Below are positions 12,470 through 23,300 of a DNA stretch of 64,000 nucleotides, piece after piece. This DNA comes from Azolla caroliniana (lineage: Eukaryota > Plantae > Polypodiophyta). Both the position numbers and the translations under genes were made by a program. The notes beneath the pieces were generated by a model. The model saw only the letters and a program-made list of their open reading frames with translations. It ran no database searches and had not been told where the DNA came from. Position 1 is the first letter of the stretch. The number at the start of each line of letters is the position of its first letter. The stretch spans positions 16,430,001 to 16,494,000 of the forward strand of contig JBHGNT010000018.1 of NCBI GenBank assembly GCA_043228905.1, given 5' to 3'.

Positions 12470-15400
12470 CTTACAGCCATTATCTCTACGTTCGAAGAAT
12501 GGAGACCTTACCTAGCTGGGGCCCAACACCGTGTTTAGGTCATAACCAACCACAAAAACCTTCTCTATTTTTTTTCTATGCGCACCTTGAATCGTCGACA
12601 AGCTCGATGGTCAATTTTCCTTTCCGACTATGACTTCAAAATCGCGTTTCGTCCAGGACACCAGCCTAACAAAGCCGATGCTCTTTCTAGGCAGCCGGAG
12701 CTAGCACCCTTCCCCAAGGATAAGGCATACGATCAACAATCCCAATGTCTGTTGACACCTGATCAAGTTCAAATCTTTGCAACCTATGTCATCCAAGACG
12801 AGACCCTCCTTGTTGACATCACCACGACACTACAACCGATCGCTTTGCTCAGAAAATCAAAGCATGTTTCGAGGACCCAACTCATCGATCACAACGAGAT
12901 GACCTTGAAAATTTGTCCTTTCGAAATGGGGTACTCCTAAGGAACAATCTAGTCTACATCCCGAAAGGGTCGTGTCGAGTTCACATTCTAACTGAATGCC
13001 ACGATGGTTCTCCTGGGGGCCATTTTGGGGTCGCCAAAACTTTAGATATGATCTCTCAGACCTATTGGTGGCCCCAAATGTGGAAGCTAGTGAAAGACTT
13101 CATCAAGACTTGTGACATCTGTCCTCAATCTAAAACAGCCCATCATCGCCCGTATGGACTGCTTTGACCTCTCCCACTACCAGATCATCCGTGGTCATCC
13201 ATTTCTATGGAGTTCATCACCCACTTTCCACTCTCTAAGGGACATGACTCCATCTTGGTAGTCGTGGACCAATTTACCAAAATGGCACATTTTATACCAT
13301 GTTCCAAAGCCATCTCAAGCTTTGAGATAGCAAATCTAATCTTGGCAAGTGTTGTGTGCCTCCATGGGTTTCCTGATGACATCATCTCCGATCGTGGTGC
13401 CCCATTTATTTCCCATTTTTGGAAACTTCTATTCCATATTCTCGGCACCACCACCAAGTTATTGACGACATTCCATCCACAAACAAACGGGCAGACGAAA
13501 CGCGTAAATCAGGTACTAGAGCAATATCTTCGATGTGTGGTGAGTTACCAACAAGAGGATTGGACGACGTTCCTCTCGTTGGCTGAATTCGCTTATAATA
13601 ACACCCTTCATTCATCCATCGACACCTCCCCATTCTTTGCCAACTTTGGTTTCCAACCTCGCTTCAGCATATCCCTTCCCCCCGGTTCAACGAACCCCGG
13701 CTGAAGAGCGGGCGTGTCATGTAAAAGAAATCCACCAAGATCTAACTCTTGAGCTCGTTAATGCACAAGACCGACAAAAGGCAACGGCCAACCATCTACG
13801 GGCTCTGGCGCCCAACTTTCAAGTAGATGACATGGTTTGGCTACTACGGCGCAATATTACAACCACTCATCCATGTGCCAAGCTAGATTACACAAAATTG
13901 GGCCCCTTCTGCATCTCTGAGTGTATCAATCTTGTGGCCTATCCGCTCGACCTTCCTCCCCACTATCGCATCCATGACATTTTTCATGTATCTCTCTTGG
14001 AGGCTTACCATCCCTCTGTACTTCTCGGGCGGCAACCTGCTCGACCACCGCCCATCGAATTGGAGTCTAGCAATGAGTATGAAGTTGAAGAAATCCTCGA
14101 CTCCAAGCTTCTACGTCGAAAACTCTATTACTTGGTGTGCTGGAAAGGATACCTGAAGCTACTTGGGAACCTCACCACCATTTGACGAATGCAACTGAGG
14201 CAATTCGTGATTTCCATCTTCATTATCCACACAAGCTTGCGTCGCCTAGAAGTCAGCGCTAAACAAGGGGGATAATGTCACGAACATAACAACAGTCATG
14301 TCAAGATCCGAACTCATGACCTCTTGTGTTATAACCGAGTGTTATGTGTTAACCAACATGTCCAATATATAGTCATATTCCTTATAGCTTTAAGTTAGCA
14401 TCATGAGCATAATTGCAGCATTCACACTTGGCCCATGCATGCGTACATACATGCTCTATTGTATCACATGCACGCAACAGGCATGCATGCCGCTTAGTAT
14501 AAATATGTGAGTTCACCTTGAATGAATTCAAGGTGAACAACACCATTTAATGATACTTGCCCTTAGCTTGTCAATTGTGACTTTGTAACGCTTTTAGGTT
14601 GTCGATCGCATCCTTGTAGTATCCTTGTAGTTCTGATTCTTTTGTCCTTAACAGTTGGAGACAGCCAATTCGGTTGAGAGTGGCAATGGATCGGAGACAT
14701 CTGATTCAGTAGAAAGAAGTGATCCGGATGAGACAGATCATGTGCAAGCCAAGTGGACAAGGAGGCAGCAAAAGTTGACGCCAATACGGAGGAGCCGACA
14801 GGTCAAGGGACGCCAATGCCGCGACAACGAGGGAGCTGAGAAGGGCCTGAAGACCAGACATGTTGACTCTAGGGGTCTGTTAGGATCATGACCGGCCACA
14901 ACCAGTTTCACGTATGTGTGTTCGGGTGCACAGAAAGTGAGCAAGGTAATGCTCAGATAGAAGAGAAGAGAAAAACAAAAAACAAACTCAAAAAACGAGA
15001 CATGGATATTTACGTGGAAAACCCCGAATGGGAAAAACCACAGGAGTCCTCAAGCTCTGAATTAGATCACTATAATGAGGAGTCCAATGAGAAGCTTCAA
15101 GGCAGCAACCTTAAGCTCTCCTTCGTCAGACTTACGACTATAGAGTTACTAGTTATCTCTCACTCACTCACAGTTACAGAAGCAACTACCTTCTGTGTAA
15201 CTCTACAACAATGATCAACAACTCTACTTAAAGTTTTCCCTAGTTGTTTATATACTAAAACAACTTTCTAGCTATTTACAAGTATAGCCCACAAGGGGCA
15301 CATTTGGACTATCTACAAATATAGTCTCCCAATTTCGGAAATCGATTTCGGCATCAGCCGAGCTTGCTCATCGATTTCAGCTTATCCCATCCGAAGGGAC

Positions 15401-18400
15401 CTAGTTTTCCCAACAAACTCCCCCTTCACTCCAGCATGGGGTACTTCATCAATCCGACTCTCTGTCGGCACTCGTTTAGCTTTTCAGCCGACAACACCTT
15501 CGTCAGCATATCTGATCCATTCTCGGTCGTGTGAATCTTCACTTGAACAAGTTCCTTCTCTTCTACTCGCTCTCTGAGCCAATGATATCTTCTTTGGCTG
15601 TGCTTGGTCCTCAAGTGGTAGGCAACATTTTCCGCAAGATGGATGGTACTCTGGTTATCGCAATGGAGTCGTAATTCCTCTTGTCGAATTCCCAACTCTC
15701 TGATAAATTTCTTCATCCAAATTATTTCCTTACCTGCTTTTGTGGTCGACAACGCCACGGTCTTCTACAGCCTCGACTACCACGAAACGGCTCCCCCGAC
15801 ATAAGTCATCACATACCCAGACGTGGATCGACTCGTATCTGCGTCAGCTGTCATGTCTAAATCCGTGTAACCTTCCAATGTGGGGTTACCCGAGCCGAAT
15901 CGAAGACACATGCTTGAGGTGCCTCTTAGGTACCGGAGTATCCACTTGACTGTTGCCCAATGCTCTCTTCCGAGATTGCTCATATATCGACTAACCACCC
16001 CGACTACATACACGATGTCTGGCCTAGTGCAAACCATTGCATACACCAAGCTTCTGACTGTCGAGGCATAAGGGACTTTTGACATCTTAGTATTCTCGCT
16101 TTTCGATTTTCGACTCTCGCTTTCGGACAACTTACAGTTTCTCAACAACATCGAGCTGACCAGTTTCGCGTTTTCTATGCCGAATCTCTAGAGCACCTTT
16201 GTCACGTACTTCTCCTATGATAGCCATAATAACCTCTTTGTTCGGTCTTGAACAATGTGCATTCCCAGGATTTGTTTTGCCAAACCCATATCTTTCATTG
16301 AGAACGACCTACTCAAGGCCTTCTTTAAGCTTCTGATTTTCCTCGGGTCCTGTCCAACAATCAGCATGTCATCAACATACAACAACATGATGAGAAAATC
16401 TACTCTATCATATTTCTTAACAAAGATACAATGATCAGTTTGTGTCTTGCCGAAACCGTGCTCCACCATGAAAGATTCGAACTTTCGGTACCATTGCCGA
16501 GGTGCCTGCTTCAGCCCATACACGCTCTTTCTCAATCGACATACCAAGTTTTCGTTACCTTTTTCTTCAAATCCTTCTGGTTGGTTCATGTATATCTCTT
16601 CCTCCAAATCTCCATGAAGGAAGGCGTCTTGACGTCTAGTTGCTCGACTTTGAGGTCCATGTTGCCCACTATTCTCAACATTGTTCAGATTGAGATCATC
16701 TTTACGACTGGGGCTCGAGCCATGATCTATTGGCATAAAAGGCCAACTCCTTACACCTTGTATCCATCCGAGTGTGAACTCGACAATAAGTTAGGGCTTA
16801 GTATATAAGAGAATACCTAACATTGTAATGGATGGCGAAGAAAGACAATTGTAATCTCTAAGAGAGAGAGAAAAACGTGTTATGCAGAAATAAGAAGCTT
16901 TCCATTAAAGCTCGTAACTGTGTAAGTCTCAATCTGCCCTTTCTACTTTCTGTTTACATTGTTTGTTGTTCATAGTGAAACGATCCGAACACACACTTCC
17001 GCATAACTAACGACTCATTCACCGACAAGTGGTATTAGAGTTGTGTTCTATTGTGCGGCGGCAATAGATAACAGAAGAAGAAATTGAAAGAAAAGACCAG
17101 GTTAGAAACATCAAATCCACAGAAAGAATATGGCTTCAACATCTGGAACAGGAGTTGAAATCAGAAAGTTCGACGGCAAAAACTTTGCCCTGTGGAAAGA
17201 GATGATGCAGGATGTGTTGATTATCTGAAGACAGGTCGAAGCCATTCGGCATAATGAAAAGATTGCTTCGATGACAACAGAAGAGTGGAGATCAATGGAC
17301 GAAATAGCACGCTCCACCATCCGAATGCATCTGGCTGAAAACATCTATTTCAGCATGGCAAAAGAGACGACATCGTTCTCATTGTGGGAGAAATTACTGG
17401 TCGTATATGAGAAGAAGTCCTCATCTTCAAAACTTATCTTGATCAAACAATTGTTCAACATGAAGATGAAAGAGACCGATCCGGCAACCTCCCACATCAA
17501 CACCTTCAACCGGGTGTTGTCAGAGCTCTCGTCCCAAGGGATCAACTTCTATCGAGCTTGTCGGCGAGTTGGGAGGTATTTTGTACGACATACGCCAATA
17601 GCCGACCGACCCTGAATTTGGACTAAACAACCAGCCAAATCCTCACAGAGGACATCGGGTGAAAATCGATGGGACTAACAATCAATGAGTCGGCAGAAGC
17701 CCATCACTCGAACGAAAGAACAAGCCGACAAAATCGGTCAATGCTACAGCCGATCAAAAACAAGGGGTGATCGACAGCGGTCAAAGTCGAGAATGGGCCG
17801 AACAAGTGAGTACTGCACACACTACAGGAAAGCTAGCCACAACGTTTCCGACTGCTAGTCAATAAAAAGAAAAGAGAGTGGTCGGCGATCCAAGCGGAAT
17901 CGGGGATGTTCCGACTCAAACCACTCTCCAATCAGCAACCAGATCAATGTTGCCGACACCCAATCCGGAGAAGTCCTCTCTCTAGAGGAATCGATGATCG
18001 GAGAAGTCCTCTACAGTGCAAAAGTTGCACACACGTGGCTACTAGACTGCAGTGCCACATTTCACATGACCCCCAATGTCGAATGGTTTTCAAACTATTC
18101 AGCTGACGCCAGCAGCACAATTCGACTGGGAAATGGGCAGGAGTGCAAGATAGTTGGAACTGGGGAGGTTCCCATCAGATTGTCAAATGGCAACACAATA
18201 ACCCTACACCGAGTTTGGCATGTACCCGATCTAAAGAGTCTGGTCTCCATTGGCATGTTAGCCGAAGACGGGTACAGAACGACGCTACACGAGTCAACAT
18301 GGGTGATCAGTCGGGGAAACCTAAAAATCGGGAGTGGGTACAAGTACAACAATCTATACCCATTGATGGCGATCAACCCTGAAGGGGCCGTGAACGTAGC

Positions 18401-18667
18401 CAAAAAGACCGACCCAAACTTATGGCATGGCCGACTCGGCCATATGTCTCAAGCCGGACTTGATCGGCTGATGTCGGTTGGCCACCTCCCGAAACTCCAA
18501 GCAAAGACGGACTTCTGCGAGCATTGTCGATATGGGAAACAGACCCGAAGTCCGCATTCTCTCCACTACGAGACAGTACGACAACCCCTAGAGCTCGTGC
18601 ACACAGACATAGTGTCATGATAACAGTCACATTATGCATCGAAAGGATCATGACACTCACATTATGA

Positions 18668-18736
18668 CTCGAAAGGATTTGAACCCACGACCCTATTGTA
18701 CACATGTCAAATCCTTAACCATTGTATTAATATTCT
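18668..18736 (-). other. tRNA-derived Pol III promoter-like module (A box and B box) in U3, antisense to the element; homologues in all chromovirus LTRs here
   Basis: Minus strand TAATACAATGGTTAAGG...AGGGTC-GTGGGTTCAAATCC; T8-to-G53 distance 45 nt as in tRNAs; no intact acceptor or anticodon stem. Confidence 0.7.
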
Positions 18737-18798
18737 TATATGTATAGTCTCTAGAATATGAAATCTAATATCATAGGAATATTCTATATTACTCTACA

Positions 18799-18915
18799 TT
18801 CTAGAATGACCTAGAATATTCTAGAGTGTTCTATACCACTAGAACCTTCTAGAATACTCTAGAGATCTTCTAGATTACTCTACATTCTAGGATAACCTAG
18901 AATATTCTAGAGAGT
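18799..18915. promoter_or_regulatory. Heat-shock element (nGAAn inverted array) block upstream of the LTR TATA
   Basis: aGAAccTTCtaGAAt at 18841-18855, aGAAtaTTCtaGAgtgTTCt at 18813-18832 and further partial units. Confidence 0.65.
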
Positions 18916-19083
18916 TCTCTATTACTTATAAATAGGGATCTACCACCCATCCCAAACCTAAATTGGTTCAACGCCATTTTGTAGCCTACTCTTTGTAATC
19001 CATTTTACGCTTCAATATAATAATTCTCTTTCAATTATCTCTCTATCTCTTTTTCTCTCTCTTTCTCTCTCTCAGTCTTGACA

Positions 19084-19097
19084 GTTTGAACCAATTT
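19084..19097 (+). other. Self-priming primer-binding site (Tf1-type)
   Basis: TTGAACCAATTT (19086-19097) is the exact reverse complement of AAATTGGTTCAA (18960-18971), 33 nt after the TATA start; no TGG tRNA-type PBS. Confidence 0.82.
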
Positions 19098-19171
19098 TTT
19101 TCCTTTCATCTCTTCGTCTTCCACAAACCCTAACAAGTTCTCTTCTTCCTTCTCCTCTCCCCTCATAAGCT

Positions 19172-20296
19172 ATGGAGTCCGTGAGCAAACAAGAATACAT
19201 GCGTGTTCTTTCTGAGCTCGACATGCTCACGAATAAATTTGTGGCATTAGAGCATGAGAATCAAAGGCTACTTGGAGATCTACAACACGTGAGCGCCGAA
19301 AAAGCTCAACAATATGAAGAGTTATCACAGCAGGTTCATCAACTTGAGGCGACTATATTGTCATTACGAGAGCAAGCGTCGGGGGCTCAGAACTCCCCTA
19401 GAGAGCCAAAGATCAGCCTCCCTGCCAAGTTTGATGGTACGAGGTCTTTATTTCGAGGCTTTTTGAATCAAGTTCGTTTAGTTATTCAGCTACATCCCAA
19501 TCGGTATCCAACTGATGCTGCTCGTGTGGGATTAGTGGGAACTTTGCTATGCGGTACGGCGTTAGCATGGTTCGCACCACTTCTCGAGAAGAAATCACCA
19601 TTGCTGGAGGATTTCGAGGCCTTTGTTAAAGAGTTTCAAGCTAGTTTCGGAGACACCGACAGCACTAGGACAGCGATAAACAAGATTCGAAGGCTCCGAC
19701 AAGGAGATCGTCCCGCGTCATCTTATGCAGCCGATTTCCGTCTCTTGGCATGCGATATCCCTTGGGATGAGGCAGCTTTAATGGATCAATTCCGTCAAGG
19801 TTTGAGAAATGATGTCAAAGATCTTCTTCTTACTTTCCCTGAAGATCCGAAGTCACTTACAGAAGCCATTAGTCGAGCTGTGCGATGTGATAATCGCCTA
19901 TTTGAGCGACGTTCTGAGCGCCAACAAATGTTACGCCGCCAACCTGAACAGACTTACGCTTCCGTAGTCGCAACGCCTCCACAAGTTTCTAGACCCATTA
20001 CAAGGGATGGCCCAACTCCGATGGAAATAGAGTCAACACAACGTCATGGGCCGTTATCAGATGCTGAGAAGCAACGACGTCGAGCGCATCGCCTCTGCCT
20101 GTATTGTGGTGGTCCAGGACATATAGTTGTAAATTGTCCACATAAACCTAGGCGTCAAGTATACCAAGTAAGTGCCCATGAAAACCCTACATCGAGTTCT
20201 ATTGTTACTTCTAATAACATAAATAAGCCTCATAGTCCATGTCATGAGAATAGATTCGATGTCTTGAGTCAATTAGAGGATGTGTTAAACGAGTAA
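19172..20296 (+). CDS. gag: Gag (coiled-coil N-terminus, Ty3-type capsid, CCHC zinc knuckle), 374 aa
   Basis: Open frame from ATG; EPKISLPAKFDG; PTPMEI; CLYCGGPGHIVVNC. Confidence 0.95.
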   Translation: MESVSKQEYMRVLSELDMLTNKFVALEHENQRLLGDLQHVSAEKAQQYEELSQQVHQLEATILSLREQASGAQNSPREPKISLPAKFDGTRSLFRGFLNQVRLVIQLHPNRYPTDAARVGLVGTLLCGTALAWFAPLLEKKSPLLEDFEAFVKEFQASFGDTDSTRTAINKIRRLRQGDRPASSYAADFRLLACDIPWDEAALMDQFRQGLRNDVKDLLLTFPEDPKSLTEAISRAVRCDNRLFERRSERQQMLRRQPEQTYASVVATPPQVSRPITRDGPTPMEIESTQRHGPLSDAEKQRRRAHRLCLYCGGPGHIVVNCPHKPRRQVYQVSAHENPTSSSIVTSNNINKPHSPCHENRFDVLSQLEDVLNE

Positions 20297-20335
20297 GTCC
20301 GGCCAAAATAGGAGCCATTTGGCTGGACCATCCTA
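20284..20335 (+). other. Candidate -1 ribosomal frameshift signal (G TTA AAC plus H-type pseudoknot)
   Basis: Heptamer in the gag frame; 6-nt spacer; stem1 GTCCGGCCAAA/TTTGGCTGGAC; stem2 TAGGA/TCCTA; conserved in A and C. Confidence 0.75.
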
Positions 20336-23300
20336 GCTATGTAGAGTTAGTTCCTAGTCGTGGTTCCATTTCATCAAATCAAGTGAGTCGAGTTTTTTCA
20401 GCACAAGTCGAGCTTACCACATCTACATGTCATCGAGTCCTAGCCTCTGCCCTTCTAGATTCTGGAGCCAACTCTTGTTTCATGGATCGTGAATTTGCCT
20501 TGTCACAAAACATCCTCTTGAATAAGCTTCCCAACCCAGTAGCCGTAGGAGTCATCGATGGACGTCCCATAGCATCAGGAGATATAGTCGAGGAGTCCGA
20601 GCCAATTAGGATAGTTCTTGGCAATTTGGCAAGCATAATCTCTTTCAATATTATTCGTAGTCCGGACCACCCAATAGTTCTAGGTCTCCCCTGGTTTGAA
20701 CTCCATAACCCGAAGATTGATTGGATGAAAAGAACAATTGAGGAGACTCGGGAAAAAAGCACAAATCCCGCATCCCTCTCTCCTACATGTGCTAATAGAT
20801 CCCCGGAGTTATCGCCCATCTCTTTACGACAGTTGCGGGAGGAAGGGGGGAACGAGGCCATGTTCGTCTTCGCAATAGTAGCAACTCCATCATCCACTTC
20901 ACGTGACGCGGATATTAAACTACCAGAGAAATACAAGGAGTTTTCAGATGTCTTTGATAAGGTGAAGGCCAATACATTGCCAGAGCATCGGCCATACGAC
21001 TGCCCTATTGACTTACAACCAGGGAAAGAACCTCCATGGGGCCCAATTTATAATCTCTCCCCTGTAGAGCTAGAGACTTTGCGGGAATATATTGATGAGA
21101 ATCTGGCAAACGGATTCATTCGGCATTCTAGATCCCCTGCTGGTGCACCTATCTTCTTCGTTAAGAAGAAGAATGGGACTCTTCGGTTGGTCGTGGATTA
21201 TCGAGGGCTAAACAAAGTGACTATCCGAAATAGATATGCTCTACCATTAATCCCGAATCTTTTGGAACGTCTCAGTGGTGCAAAATATTTCACGAAGTTG
21301 GACCTTCGCGGAGCATATAATCTAGTTCGGATTCGCCCGGGGGATGAATGGAAGACAGCTTTCCGCACTCGCTATGGACATTTTGAGTATATAGTGATGC
21401 CATTTGGTCTCACGAATGCACCTGCTGTTTTCCAACATATGGCGAACGATATTTTTCGAGATTTTCTTGATATCTTCACTATAGTTTACCTAGATGATAT
21501 TTTAATCTACTCAAAGACCCAAGAGGAGCATGATGCACATGTTCGTCAAGTATTATGCCGACTCCGAGAATATGGTCTCTACGCAAAATTAGAAAAGTGT
21601 AGTTTCGGCCAGAATCAAGTGGAATTTTTGGGGTATGTTGTATCGTCAAATGGTATTGCTATGGACCCCATGAAGGTACAGGCAATTTTAGAGTGGCAAA
21701 CGCCCCTTTCAGTGCGTGATGTGCAATGTTTTCTCGGGTTTGCAAATTTTTATCGAAAATTTATTAAAGATTATTCCAAGGTTGTGCTTCCGCTTACTCA
21801 GCTCACACATAAAGATCAACCATTTATATGGAGTTCAGATGCATCCGAGGCATTCGAAAGCTTAAAACGAGCATTTACAACAGCACCTATCTTAGCACAT
21901 GTCGACCCAACAAAACGCTTCATCCTCGAAGCCGATGCATCCGATTTTGCACTAGGGAGTGTCCTCTCACAGACTGGAGATGATGGACAACTACACCCTG
22001 TCGCCTTTCATTCACGAAAGTTTGAAGCTGCAGAGATCAACTACGAGATCCATGACAAAGAGCTTCTTGCAATCGTGGATTCGTTTCAACAATGGCGACA
22101 TTTCCTAGAAGGTTCTTCTCAGCAGATCATTGTCTACAATGATCATAAGAACCTGACTTATTTCCAAAATGCTCGAGTCTTGAGTCGGCGACAAGCCCGG
22201 TGGGCGCAATTTTTGACTCACTTCGACTTTATCATCATATATCGCCCTGGGATGCAGCAAGGCAAAGCAGATGCTCTTTCTCGACGCTCTTATATGGAAC
22301 TTCGTCCTGGGGAACCTGCTTTTGAGCATCAAAAACATATCCTTTTGGGTCCTAATCGATTACGATTAATGGTAGTTAACGCCATAACAGCTCTTGAAAA
22401 TTCCACTCTTCTTGATTCCATTCGAGATCATATGGCCACTGATGATTTCGCCAAGGATGTTTTGGATCATATCGTCCCGGATCGTGCTTCTTGCTCACAG
22501 TCGAAAAATCCTCGTAATGACTATTGTCAGTTCTATTGGCATGATGGTTTTCTATTTCGACAAAATTTATTGTATGTTCCTGATGGTCCCCCACGGCTAC
22601 AAGTTTTGCAACATTGCCATGACTCACCAATGGCTGGTCATTTTGGAGTTCACAAGACTCTAGAATTAATTTCTCGACGCTATTGGTGGCCTCGCCTTCG
22701 TCATTTTGTTGAGGAGTATGTTCGGAGTTGTGATATATGTTGTCGATCAAAGAATCCTCTTCACCGACCCTATGGCTTACTACAACCACTTCCCATTCCG
22801 GAAACACCTTGGAAGTCTATATCCTTGGACTTCATTACTGATCTCCCAGTTTCAAAAGGTTTTGATGCAATTCTCACAGTGGTTGATCGATTTACCAAAA
22901 TGGCACATTTCTTGCCATGTACAAAGTCGATTACTAGTCAAGAGACGGCTGATCTCGTTATGCGGGAGGTATTTAAGCATCATGGTCTGCCAGATGATAT
23001 TATTAGTGATCGTGGTCCACAATTCATCTCAAAGTTTTGGAAGCACTTGTTCAAACTTCTCCACATTTCAGTTAAGCTTTCTTCGGGCTATCATCCTGAA
23101 ACAAATGGCCAAACAGAGCGTACCAACCAGACATTGGAACAATATCTTCGTTGTTTCATCAACTATCAACAAGATGATTGGGTTGCATTTTTGCACTTGG
23201 CGGAATTCGCTTACAACAACTCAGCCCATTCTTCTACAGGATATTCCCCATTTTCCGCAAATACGGGCTGTCATCCTCGATGGATGATGAATGCGCATCC

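Larger units (their letters stand above)
6515..14653 (+). mobile_element. Older chromovirus element E (5'-truncated pol relic interrupted by C; 3' LTR 14276-14653)
   Basis: RT/RNase H 6515-6946 (ISMDQQKV...DASDFA...YDKEL) resumes at 12470 (AIISTFEEW). Integrase and chromodomain (EYEVEEILDSK...YYLVCWKGY) to ~14270. PPT AAGGGGGATAA, then TGTCA...TTAACA. Confidence 0.88.
18613..19083 (+). repeat. 5' LTR of D
   Basis: TGTCATGA...CTTGACA; TATAAATA at 18927-18934. Confidence 0.97.

Noticed and set aside
18668-18736. Independent SINE insertions into LTRs
   Set aside because: Same position and orientation in all families and in both LTRs, with no TSD or tail; better explained as an inherited LTR part, though an ancestral SINE origin is possible
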